Positions 49,746-60,353 of a stretch of 64,000 bases of DNA are shown piece after piece; positions within the stretch are counted from its first letter, which is position 1; each line of letters begins with the position of its first letter. The stretch lies in contig CM000207.1 in assembly GCA_000002445.1 (NCBI GenBank), positions 640,001 to 704,000 on the forward strand. The letters are read 5' to 3'. This DNA comes from Trypanosoma brucei (lineage: Eukaryota). The notes under the pieces were generated by a model. That model ran no database searches, was not told where the DNA came from, and saw only the letters and a program-made list of their open reading frames with translations. Made by a program: the position numbers and the translations under genes.

Positions 49746-51353
49746 ACCCCCCCCCCGCGCTCTCCCACACAACCACACGTGCACGCATTGGGTGTCGCTC
49801 GTTTCGGATAGCAGCGCCCCTCTGTGTTTGATGGCGCGCGCTCTCGGGTGTTTGGGCGTCCTGGACAGTCACGCGCATACAAAGGATATGCACAATCCCC
49901 GACATTCCCATTGCGTTCTGAGGCGTTTTTCCAACTCGTTCCTTGTCCAACCCTTTCTACAGATTTTTTTCCCCGTCGCATGAGCAACCCACGTTAATCG
50001 TTGGAACGATACCGCATCACTGCCCGGGCGTATCACTGGGCGCCAAACGTTTATCCACCACGCGAGGTATGAGCTGTTCCGACTAAACTTCACATTATGT
50101 GTGTGTGTGTAGGGGGCGACGACTCCTCATGATTTGCTCTATTCTGCACCAACCGCGTCTCTCATTCGGTTGATGCAGTCGCTCAGCCATCCCAGATATC
50201 ATCCGAACCGTTTCGTTGCGCCAGAAGAAAAACCAAGCGGGAAATTTCTCTTGTCTCCGCGCCGCCTCCATATCTTTCCTAGCAGAAGGGGTATGAGAGA
50301 AAGCGTTGATACCGTGCGTGACGGCCCTCAAACTGCTGCGTTAAAATTGAAGTATTCACCGCTGATGCCTTTTGAATCGACAACTATATCACGGTATTAG
50401 TGCCGCACGGAGGGTGTTCCGGTTGTAGACCCGCCCCCGTAGCCGGGTAATTAGTTTCAATAAAAATTAGAGCAATAGAAAACATAATGCACTTATAGGG
50501 GCATATTCCTAACGAGCTGCACCGATCCCTTCTCCATATAGGGCGAAGGACGTTACCTTTTATACGTGTTGGTTCCGCCTTTAAAGAAAAGAGGGACGAT
50601 GCGAATTTGTTGAACGTCTCTAACCCGGACCCCACCCTTTGCCTTGTATGCCGTTTCTTTTAGAGGCCTTTCAAGCACAATCTTCATTGCAGCCCTCCCT
50701 CCTCGGAAGTCACGTGGCAGCTTACCGATCCTTCTGCGTAACTCAGCCGTCTTTCTGCCTTATCAAATATGAAAGTTTCTCCACCGCTCGGCATATCCAA
50801 TTCAGCAGAACCTTCTGTTCAGGTTTGGTGGTGGATGGCAACGGACACCTCTATTTTTCTCTTCGCACGGCGCATCTTCCCTCAGCCCACTCGAGGGATA
50901 GGGCCGTGCTTGCAACCCCGAAAACGATCCACACTAAGCTTTCCTTTTGCGGTAAGTCTTCCCCACTTTGTTACACTAACACTTGGCAGCATCCAATTCG
51001 TTATGCATAGGGTAGTCCAGAAGGTCCGGCTTTTCTTATGACTTCACTGAATGTTTAATCGACGGCTTCCCATTTCAGGTAACATTCCACTCCCCTCTTG
51101 CAAACTACACCCCTAACGATGATCAGCTGAGCCAACTCAACCGCATCTTCCCCGCTCTCTCCACCCGTCACGCCTGTGATCATGTTGGTTACTTGCCGTC
51201 GTGACCCCACCGCATTCTTCCAAAAAAATGAGGGAAAATGTGGCGGTGCTCGATTCCCTGCATGATCGTTTCCCTGCCGCTCCGAGTCGGGGTGTACGCA
51301 GTGCTCGGGCTATTGAATCCCACACTGTCGAGAAAGGAGTTCTCAATCTGAGG
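49746..51353. repeat. Copy B (reverse complement) of the >=1.6 kb repeat at 1..1615; probably continues beyond 51353
   Basis: See copy A. Inner boundary at a C-run (49760..49769), complementary to the G-run ending copy A. Positions 51330..51353 are the reverse complement of window 1..24, so the repeat is only as long as the window allows on the left. Confidence 0.85.
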
Positions 51354-52429
51354 AGCGGGCGTGCTACACCTTTAAATTTCCTTTGAGGAAGCTTCGCTGT
51401 GGACACGAAAGTTTGACGGTTAAGCCCAGTGCTTTCGTTGTACATTTTTCTTTTACCTTGTTTTCAAATACCTTGACGCTCAGTGAGTATCGGGTTGCTG
51501 CCGCAAACAAATACTCTCTTTCCCTGTAAATTCCTCCGCGAAAAAAGGCTTTGTATGCTTCGAACCACTGGCAAGATGTTACTGAAGACGGGGCCTTAAT
51601 GAACGATGGTCAGCCCCCGGGTGCACCATTGTCAGGTTGGTCATGGGAAACTAATACTGGAAGTCCGGCATTCTTTTAATGCAACTGCTGTTCACCCACA
51701 GTTGTAATCATCGTAGTTGAACCGAACAGCAATCTCCGCGGAAACTCGCTTGATAGCGACTCTTCTCGATATCCAGTTGCTGCTGCCAATGCTCGCCGTC
51801 CTTTTGGGAGTGAACTGTTGACGGATACCGTTACGTAAGAGACAACTCCAAATACTTAAATTCGTGGGCGGCAGCATGTGATCCAGCGAATCCAAAGCAT
51901 GAGCTTGATGCACCAATGCGACTAGCACAAGCCGGCACTCCCCCAGCGCTTCGGGTTCCAAGCAGCTGCCGCAGGTGGCCGTTGTCTAAGGCTTTGGTTG
52001 TAGCCCATTTTCTTGCTCGCGTAGTTTGTTGTCTAAAAGGCAGTGGAGCCTTTGGCTGATAGTTCACTCCATCAACTTTCGCACCCGGTGGTGGTTGTTT
52101 CCGGCCAAAATTATGCTTTCTCAGTAGCTGGTGTGTTCACCATCAGAACTGGTATGACGATCCCACGTCCCTACTTTCCCCGAACTTTTCTACTCTGCAG
52201 ACACCGGCCGCCCAACTACCCTGGAGACCACAGCCCGCCAACCCCAACTGCGTCAGCCGCTCACAGTGTGTGCCGCCCTCTCCCGCCGGAAATCCTTTCA
52301 GCTCCTCCAAATACTGCAACCGTCCCGCTTGGTAGATGGGGATGTCCCCCGGCACTGGACACCTGAGTTTTCGGAACTTCACGAAGTGGTTGCGGGTTGA
52401 TAACATTGAGTAAGCAGGGGACGGTTACC

Positions 52430-55390
52430 AGCACACGCAGGTAGCTGCTTGAATGGGCAGAAACAAAGCAGTGACCGTTCTGCGCTCATGGCTCAGGCCG
52501 TCAGATTAGTAGACTGGCATATGATGGCGAAGGTGCATGCACCCAGACCGCTCAGAACTATGCCGATGCTTCGAGTGGATCAGGCCACCATCACGGATTG
52601 TGGACGAGCCGAGCACTTCGCTGACCTCTGCTCGATGCCGGAACTCTGACATCCTGACTCACACCCTCCAACGTCGACTAGGAAGAAAGCTAACGAATAC
52701 TAACTGACCGCGACGGCGGGGCCCAAGAGTGTCCCGAAACTGTCACCAAGCGACTCAGCAACCGGACCCGACTATGTGCACGACGAGGTACTGCAACAAC
52801 TCGGCAGAACAGCGCAGAATGTTGTTCTGAGGCTATTCAATGAGAGCCTACGAACGGGAGTCGTGCCGCCTGCATGGAAGACTGGTGTTATCATCCCCAT
52901 CCTGAAGGCCGGAAAAAAGGCGGAGGACCTCGATTCTTACAGGCCTGTGACGCTCACGAGCTGTCTCAGTAAAGTCATGGAGCGCATAATTGCCACGAGA
53001 CTTAGAGACACTGTTGAGTCCCAGCTGGCGCCGCAGCAATCAGGCTTTCGCCCCGGATGCTCAACGCTCGAACAACTCCTGCACGTCCGCGCTGCCCTCT
53101 GCCGTCCCACGCACCAATCTCGTACAGGTGCTGTATTCGTCGACCACGCTAAGGCATTCAATACAGTAGACCACGACAAAATTGCGAGGGAAATGCACAG
53201 AATGAAAGTATCACCCCACATTGTGAAGTGGTGTGTATCATTTCTGAGTAACCGAACTGGAAGAGTGAGATTCAAGGAGAAGCTTTCCAGAAGCAGAACA
53301 TTTGAGCGAGGAGTGCCACAAGGAACTGCCCTTGGCCCAATCATGTTCATTATTGTCATGAACTCGTTGAGCCAACGCCTTGCAGAAGTGCCGTTACTGC
53401 AGCACGGATTCTTTGCAGACGACCTGACGATACTTGCGAGGCACACAGAGAGGGATGTCATCAACCACACACTACAATGCGGCCTAAACGTGGCGTTACA
53501 GTGGTCAAAAGAGTACTTCATGTCTGTCAACGTAGCGAAAACAAAGTGCACACTCTTCGGGTGTATAGAGCGCCACCCCCTTACATTACAACTGGACGGC
53601 GAAAGAATAGGAGCTGACAGGACACCGAACCTTCTAGGAGTAACATTCCAGTGTCTGCAAGGGATGGCAACACATGCGGCCGAAACGAGACGCAAGATGG
53701 ACTTCCGACTACTGCAGATAGCAGCCATCTCAGCTTCTACATGGGGACCAAGACGACAAGTGTTGAGAGCTTTTTATCTAGCACTCGTACAGGCACACAC
53801 CATGTATGGCATTGAGGTATGGTACTGGGACGCTTCGGAACGAAGTCGCGACCTCCTTGCATCAGCACAACACAAAGCCAGTCGCATCACAGCCGGCATA
53901 CCGCATGGGACGCGCAAAGAGGACTCTCTGCTGGAAGCAAACCTCCTGCCGCTCAAGACGACCACTCTTGTGCGCAGCATGAAATTCATGCTGATGTGTG
54001 AGTCACGAGGCGGATGTTTGCGGCGTAGTGCTGAGGAAGTATACCGCAGCAAACACCCAGTCAGAGTCCTACATTCCCGCATCATGCGGTCCTACCCCCA
54101 CCTCCGCATTGAGCCACGCGAACACCCACTAGAGACATCGACGCTCCGCCACAGCTACCGACCGCTATTTCACACGCAGATAAAGCCTGTGTGCGCTGAT
54201 AACCCTGACGATATCAAAAAGGAAGCTTCCGAGAAATGGGCAGAAGGCGGTTCGTACAAGTGGGCGCGCACTATGAGGTGTGGGCCGGTGGGTTTGTGTT
54301 TGTTTGTGAGGAGTCTTTTGCAGCCGCGATATTAAACGCTGAAAAGAACTCATGTTTAGGACATGGAGGGGGAGAGGCTCGCTTGCGAACAGTTGCAGTA
54401 CGGTATCTCTCCCGCCTGAATTGCGCCCGTGGAAAGTGATAGAGATTTTCCCAAAGTGCAAGAGGACGCCGAGCAGACCGTCGATTTTTAGGGACCCTCC
54501 TTGTCCCTTTACCGTGCTAGAAAGAGACCCACTGATTATTATCAACACGCTCCTGCGAGAACTATGGCGGCTGAGCGCAAAAATGCGGGCGCAGGAGGGT
54601 GAGCATGGGGCTGCAGTTCGTATTTACCAACCGTGTCGTGACGCAGAATGGCGCGTGCGGCGAACTTTTGAACATCGATTACAATACGCCCACGCCGAGC
54701 GAGGAGTGGATTCCGGATATTGTGGTTTACGTGAAACGCCTGTTATTTTCTGAGGAGGGACATGCGGATGCGCCCCGGTGCTGGATCGCCGGAACGCAAC
54801 TCCTAAGAAAACTCGAGGGAGCGGTGACTCAAGAGGAAGAGACAGCGTTGTCGCGTTTCCGTGTTGGCGTTATCTCTTGGCATTATGGATGTTTGGTACC
54901 CGAAATAAACCCACAAGTGACTCCACAACGCCACAGGTGTGATCCACAGCTTCCCTTCAGACTATCCAATACTCCAGCCGCCAAATTGCCCACGGCTTCG
55001 AACCCATAAAGCATTTCGCACATGATTGGTCCTGTTAAGTACACTGAATGTGGCAGATTGTACCGGTGTCGGGTGAGCGGTTTTGCACACATGGTCAACA
55101 AGCGCAACTTTGTACGAACGGAAGGCCTCCAGAGGATAATATGCGGCGACGCCCCACAACTGGTGGATGCGCCTCTAAATTCCTCATTAACGGAAGTTTC
55201 ACTAACGACTGCAAACGCTTGACGACCCGCGACACGGAAAACGAAGGAAGTGAGGATGTTCCGTGCGACGTTTGTGAATTCCTACTCGCAGCTGGGGGCC
55301 GCCCGCCGCTCAGAAGGCAGCTGACACACGGCATAGGCGCTGGCAGCTGTGCGTGAAGAAGCGACGGGACGAGGACGAAGCACAAAGGGA
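52430..55390 (+). mobile_element. Degenerate non-LTR (ingi/L1Tc/DIRE-like) retrotransposon remnant; boundaries approximate
   Basis: 519-aa RT-domain ORF (52776..54335) flanked by frame-broken ORFs. Downstream fragments include a Cys/His zinc-finger-like piece (55022..55222: YTECGRLYRCRVSGFAHMVNKRNF), as in the C-terminal region of ingi/L1Tc ORFs. No intact full-length ORF; start/end and target-site duplications not resolved. Confidence 0.6.
52776..54335 (+). CDS. Reverse-transcriptase-domain ORF of the retroelement (N-terminally truncated, starts at GTG in track), 519 aa
   Basis: Non-LTR RT motifs: YRPVTLTSCLSKVMERIIATRL (RT domains 1-2), FVDHAKAFNTVDHDKIAREM (domain 3), GVPQGTALGPIMF (domain 4), GFFADDLTILARH (domain 5; F/YxDD box as FADD), WSKEYFMSVNVAKTK (domain 6/7). 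Confidence 0.75.
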   Translation: MHDEVLQQLGRTAQNVVLRLFNESLRTGVVPPAWKTGVIIPILKAGKKAEDLDSYRPVTLTSCLSKVMERIIATRLRDTVESQLAPQQSGFRPGCSTLEQLLHVRAALCRPTHQSRTGAVFVDHAKAFNTVDHDKIAREMHRMKVSPHIVKWCVSFLSNRTGRVRFKEKLSRSRTFERGVPQGTALGPIMFIIVMNSLSQRLAEVPLLQHGFFADDLTILARHTERDVINHTLQCGLNVALQWSKEYFMSVNVAKTKCTLFGCIERHPLTLQLDGERIGADRTPNLLGVTFQCLQGMATHAAETRRKMDFRLLQIAAISASTWGPRRQVLRAFYLALVQAHTMYGIEVWYWDASERSRDLLASAQHKASRITAGIPHGTRKEDSLLEANLLPLKTTTLVRSMKFMLMCESRGGCLRRSAEEVYRSKHPVRVLHSRIMRSYPHLRIEPREHPLETSTLRHSYRPLFHTQIKPVCADNPDDIKKEASEKWAEGGSYKWARTMRCGPVGLCLFVRSLLQPRY

Positions 55391-55988
55391 AGGTAACCGT
55401 GAGTCGGTCGACCGTGCTACGCGGCAGTGCGTTTGTGCTGTGAGTTTGCGGCGAGTTGTGTCCGACGCACTAGTTTCCCAGGACCTTGCGATCGTCCGTG
55501 GGAAATAGGAGAGGGTTGAAGTGTGTCCCTATGGGGAATGGTGGCGTCTGCTAGTTTTTGTCTTCCTTTTACTGCGTTATAGTGTCAGTCTGAGGTGGTG
55601 ACCATCCCCATCAGGCATCTGTTTGGTTACCGGTTGCACAGCCTTGGCACTAAGGGTGCTGCGGGGGTATTTCCATCTCTTTAATCTTACTTGTATGACT
55701 CGAGTCTTTGACTTCTTTCTTTTTGTCGTTTGATCTGTGATTGAATCTTTGCCGAGACAAAAGGTGCGTGTTCCAACGATCATCAACCACGGCGTTGCGC
55801 GGTGACTTGGTCAGTCGTTGTCCGGGAGGGGGGGGGGTGTCGGCGCGCGTGGTGTTGTGCTTTTGCACTTCTCCTTGCTGAGAGGACAAGACGTAGCTTT
55901 TGACCTATGTGCTCTGCACGTCAGTGGGTGGTTCTCTGATTTGACTGGGGGCATATTGGTGGTACTTCCCCTCATGAGGCGCTTCCGG

Positions 55989-56346
55989 AGAATATGAAGC
56001 ACCTATGGTTGTGAGATTGTTTAGTGGTAATAGTTATAATTTTCTTTTGTGTTCTTGTCACCGGTCAGTTCCGTTAGTGAGGAGTAGTTGCGCTCGTACA
56101 GACCCGTTGGTAATTGTTGTGAATTTGGTGCTCAGGGCTCCATGCGGCACTGGGGGCGAGGGCTCGTCATTCAGAGGATGTCGTATACTAAAGGGCAGGC
56201 AACGCTGTGCGAGATCACAATCGTTTTAGCGATTCTTGTTGGAAGTATTTATGGAGTCTTATGACACTGGGTATGGCTGGTATCATTCTGTGTTACCCTG
56301 TAGCCTACTGGTCGTTCATCATGGCCTACCTTGTTGCCGTAGGCAG
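55989..56346 (+). repeat. 358-bp direct repeat, copy 1 (partner 58826..59183)
   Basis: Sequence from agaatatgaagcacctatggttgtgagattg to gttgccgtaggcag matches the second copy. Identical 74-aa ORF translations at 56005..56229 and 58842..59066; identical 69/84-aa overlapping ORF starts at 56207 and 59044. Confidence 0.9.
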
Positions 56347-56886
56347 CACTATAAAACGTGATCAAAAGGTTGCTGCTGCAGCTGGTTGTTTTATGTGGAC
56401 GGAGTGTGCCGCATAGTTTGAATAGCAACGTTTTATATCGCTTCGTTCAGCTTACACTCTTATTTTTTTCGATGACTGAAGAACGGTCTATCGGGGTATC
56501 CACTTAGTAGTTCATATATGTCGTACTACGCATATATTCATTTTTAAAATAAAAAACTGCGTCTAATATCGTTGAATTCCATGTTCTCTTTTAGTTCGTT
56601 GACTATATCGGGGAGAGTTTCACTTGTGGTTCGGTGCATGTGTGCCCCCTTAATAATTAGTAGTGATTTTTAAAAAATATTGACTCTGTCTCACTCTTCT
56701 TCTCTCTCTGTATGTGACCCTTTAATGTGTTTCTTGTCCCTGCATTTCCGGGTAGTTTTCATCATAGTTATTTAAACTTTATATTTTCGTTTCATTAATC
56801 TAATCAGCTGAAAATTAAACCTTTTTTTTTTTTAAAAGGGGTGTAGACAAATCAACTGTGAATTTATTCATTTATTGGGGCAACCG

Positions 56887-57372
56887 ATGCCTACTCCTCG
56901 GGAAACTGTCGTTGCCTTTTTGACACAGGCATGCTGTGGGACCATCGTGGCGCTTCACCGCATGGGCGGTATGGAGGTGATGTTGTATAAAGAGCAACTT
57001 GTTGTTATGCTTACGAGGTACTTTAATAGCTGCTGGAATTCTCTCCTTAGCGGAGATGATCCGTATGTTGTTGAGTCGTTTAATATGATGAAACATGATA
57101 ATCCTGGGTGCGTTATGAGGTATCTCTTTTCCGTCGGGACGTCCGTACTTCCCGACGAACCCCCCCAGGAAATAGCTCGCTATTCTCCCGAAGACACTGA
57201 CGACCTTGAAGCAGCGCGTGTGACAATTTCTGAGACGCTGCAACAGCTTCTCGCTGAACGGATAGCCGTCGATCCATTTCAACATTCCTGTGAGGGTTTA
57301 TCATTGAGTGCGGAGCGGACGGCGTGGAGTGAAAAAGGTTGTCCACCGCAAAATTTCTTTGAAATTTCGTGA
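56887..57372 (+). CDS. Hypothetical protein (~161 aa) between the two direct repeats, weakly supported
   Basis: Track start 56875 is TTG; first ATG 56887 (MPTPRETVVAFLTQACCGTIVAL...). Preceded by a T13 polypyrimidine run at 56823..56836. No recognised domain. Confidence 0.3.
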   Translation: MPTPRETVVAFLTQACCGTIVALHRMGGMEVMLYKEQLVVMLTRYFNSCWNSLLSGDDPYVVESFNMMKHDNPGCVMRYLFSVGTSVLPDEPPQEIARYSPEDTDDLEAARVTISETLQQLLAERIAVDPFQHSCEGLSLSAERTAWSEKGCPPQNFFEIS

Positions 57373-57759
57373 TGACGGGATTTCTCATCGTCGTTTCCTT
57401 TTTGCTACACTTCCTTTTGTTGGCGCTCTCGTATTTGTTTTCTTTGGGGAGGGGGGGGGGATGGATGACAGGTAAAAACGTATGTCGTGACAGCGAAGTT
57501 TTTTTTTTATTAATTGTTGAAGTGTATATTTTTCCTCTTGCTTTTCTCCAATGTTTAAAGCTACTTTTTTTTTTTTACTATGTCTCTTCAACTGTTCCTC
57601 AGGGTGTGGCGTAGGAGACCACCGTATGCGGGCGTCGTTTGGTTCTATTACTGTAGCCGAGCTGATCGCTGCGGTATATAGTTTACTGTGTTGTCGGCAC
57701 TTTTTACTACATTCGATTGGTTTTATTTAGGTAGAATAGAGGTAAGTCGACCAATCTGT

Positions 57760-58809
57760 ATGTTTCCGTTTTACTCATGCGACCAGGGTAAAGGTGCACA
57801 CGAGGTGCAAAGTCCACCAGGTGATACCATAAGCTCGATCCGTTTCTCCCCTGCAGGATGTCCGCTGTTGCTTGTAGGCGCAACATCATGGGACAAAAGT
57901 TGTCGTGTATGGCAGGTTGATAATTCGTCCAGAAGCGCAGCCATTAGTTCCAAACCGTTAAGCCTTGCAGAAAGTGGCGCCCCAATTTTGGATATGTCGT
58001 TTTCGGAAGATGGCAGGGTGTTCTTTGGTGGGTGTGACAAGAGCGCAACGATGTGGAATCTAACGACTGGTCAAAAAACCGTTGTCGCATCCCACGACCT
58101 TCCGATTAGTTGCCTGTCCTACGTGTTGTCACCAACCGGAGGTGACATGTTAATAACAGGAAGTTGGGATGGTAAGTTACGATACTGGGACATGAAGCAG
58201 CCGCGACCTGTTAAGGAGGATTTACTTGGTGAGCCGATATTTGCACTTGATGCGCAAAGATCGTTTCCTATGGCCGCATGCGTCACCGGACGCAAAGTGC
58301 ACGTTTTTAACATGCAGTTTATGTCGAAGGTGATGGAACTGGACCCCCCCAAAATGATGAAGTTCAGTTTACGATGTGTTGCTTGTTCACCTCAGCATGA
58401 TGGGGTTGCCGTTGGGAGCTCGGAGGGGAGGGTATCGTTCATTCCTTTGAGACAAGAAAGTGGCTGCACATTTAAAGCTCATGTCGTTGAAGAGAACAAT
58501 GTTTTCTATATGCACCAAACGAATTTCTGCTCGATAGATTCGAAGACCGGACGAATGATAACTGGTGGTGGGGATGGTCGCATTGCCGTCTGGGATTATA
58601 AAAAGAGGTGCAACGTATGCTATGAAAATGATCCGAAGTTGCCAAACAGGAATAACTCGATTTCTGCCGGAGACATTAGTGCCGACTGCTCTTTGCTTGC
58701 GTACGCACGTAGCTATGATTGGGCAATGGGAAAGACGCGCGCGATTACGAACGAGCCTCATACAATACACATAAGATCTGCTAATCCTACACAGCTGAAA
58801 GCAAGATAG
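57760..58809 (+). CDS. RAE1: RAE1/Gle2 WD40 mRNA-export factor homologue, 349 aa
   Basis: Track start 57688 is GTG; first ATG 57760. Collinear with human RAE1: ...ISSIRFSPAGCPLLLVGATSWDKSCRVWQV (cf. IGCLSFSP...FLIAGSWANDVRCWEV), LITGSWDGKLRYWD (cf. VMTGSWDKTLKFWD), GSSEGRVSF, TGGGDGRIAVWD, LLAYARSYDWAMGK (cf. IFAYASSYDWSKG). Confidence 0.8.
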   Translation: MFPFYSCDQGKGAHEVQSPPGDTISSIRFSPAGCPLLLVGATSWDKSCRVWQVDNSSRSAAISSKPLSLAESGAPILDMSFSEDGRVFFGGCDKSATMWNLTTGQKTVVASHDLPISCLSYVLSPTGGDMLITGSWDGKLRYWDMKQPRPVKEDLLGEPIFALDAQRSFPMAACVTGRKVHVFNMQFMSKVMELDPPKMMKFSLRCVACSPQHDGVAVGSSEGRVSFIPLRQESGCTFKAHVVEENNVFYMHQTNFCSIDSKTGRMITGGGDGRIAVWDYKKRCNVCYENDPKLPNRNNSISAGDISADCSLLAYARSYDWAMGKTRAITNEPHTIHIRSANPTQLKAR

Positions 58810-58825
58810 TTATTCTATTTTTCGA

Positions 58826-59183
58826 AGAATATGAAGCACCTATGGTTGTGAGATTGTTTAGTGGTAATAGTTATAATTTTCTTTTGTGTTCTTGTCACCG
58901 GTCAGTTCCGTTAGTGAGGAGTAGTTGCGCTCGTACAGACCCGTTGGTAATTGTTGTGAATTTGGTGCTCAGGGCTCCATGCGGCACTGGGGGCGAGGGC
59001 TCGTCATTCAGAGGATGTCGTATACTAAAGGGCAGGCAACGCTGTGCGAGATCACAATCGTTTTAGCGATTCTTGTTGGAAGTATTTATGGAGTCTTATG
59101 ACACTGGGTATGGCTGGTATCATTCTGTGTTACCCTGTAGCCTACTGGTCGTTCATCATGGCCTACCTTGTTGCCGTAGGCAG
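58826..59183 (+). repeat. 358-bp direct repeat, copy 2
   Basis: See copy 1. The copies diverge immediately outside these limits (upstream gcttccgg vs atttttcga; downstream cactataaaac vs tactaaattt). Confidence 0.9.
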
Positions 59184-59436
59184 TACTAAATTTAAAAGAA
59201 TTCCTTCGGCTGATAATATACTGAATCTTTTTGCTGTTCAGTTTATTTTGCACTGTCTCTCATTTTGGTGCGGCGCGGCGTATGCTTCACTGTTATGAAT
59301 CATGTCTTTTCCTTTTTTTTTTTGCAATATTTTTCGACATCGTTTGTGCCGTTGTTGGGTACAGGTTTTAGGTGTTAATCCGTTGCTGAGTAAATTTGGT
59401 TCTTAAATTTCGATTACTACGACAAGTAGCTGAGCG

Positions 59437-60099
59437 ATGAGTGAGTCTAGTGCGACCAAAAAGCATGTATATGGATATGAACTTTACAGTAAAAATGTTC
59501 ACCAATATCCATCTATTACTGATGTTAAAACCGTAAAGGGTGCAATCGCAGGAAACATTCATGACTACCTCAATCATTTGGGTGCATTTGAAGGGAATGC
59601 GCGTCGAGAGCGTGGGGAGGTATTGGCGTATTCGCTTTTGGCTGGTGCCCTCTCTCTGGCCTGCGCGATATATTTCGCCAAAGACGTATTACTGCCTTAC
59701 AAGTTGCTTACATTATCTCTCATTGGGGTTACAGGTGCTGCCACCCTGTGTGCTTACGTTTGTGACTGCAGACAGAAATCGGACAATATTGCCTTCCTGG
59801 CCACGTGCTCAGCTTCTACCGAGGCGAAGGACTACCTTCGTACCTTAAAAGGGCATCGGGTTTGCATTCGCTTGGGTGAGGTACCCAACTCGTCAGCGCT
59901 TACCATGGAAGCGCAGGTGGTTGGGCCTCCTTGTTTCTTCGGCGCTCCAGAAGTGCACTCATCATCGTCGAAGGTGGTGCCATACGGACGTTACTTCACT
60001 AAAAGCGGGTACTTTTTCCCTCCTCCGCTCATGAATGACGTGGATAATCTTCTAAGCTCATTAAAGACCTCGACCTCAAAAAAGAAACGGCAATCCTAA
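59437..60099 (+). CDS. Hypothetical membrane protein, 220 aa
   Basis: ATG 59437. Two predicted TM helices (LAYSLLAGALSLACAIYFA; LLTLSLIGVTGAATLCAYV); C-terminal KKKRQS. No recognised domain. Confidence 0.45.
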   Translation: MSESSATKKHVYGYELYSKNVHQYPSITDVKTVKGAIAGNIHDYLNHLGAFEGNARRERGEVLAYSLLAGALSLACAIYFAKDVLLPYKLLTLSLIGVTGAATLCAYVCDCRQKSDNIAFLATCSASTEAKDYLRTLKGHRVCIRLGEVPNSSALTMEAQVVGPPCFFGAPEVHSSSSKVVPYGRYFTKSGYFFPPPLMNDVDNLLSSLKTSTSKKKRQS

Positions 60100-60353
60100 C
60101 ACCGCAGATGCCTTCTAAACAATACAAAAACCGACTGCATCATATCTACGTTCCTTCTAATTTCTTGTGTTGTTTTTCTCTGCTTGGGATGCGGCGCGAG
60201 TCAAGAAGCTAGCGCCCGTGCACCCCTCTCCTACCCAACAATGCACATATCGTGTACCCCATTCATTTCACTAGCTCAACAAACTACAAGGGAGGTGCTT
60301 AGGGCATAAACAAAACTCTACTACGCAAGAGCGCGGAGAAGCTGATCAGGAAA

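Noticed and set aside
52937-53728. 263-aa minus-strand ORF
   Set aside because: Antisense to the reverse-transcriptase frame, which carries the recognisable RT motifs.
56005-56229. Duplicated 74-aa ORF inside each 358-bp direct repeat (also 58842..59066) as a gene
   Set aside because: No recognisable domain, and it lies wholly within a repeated intergenic element. It is more likely a chance ORF; kept only as a note in the direct-repeat finding.
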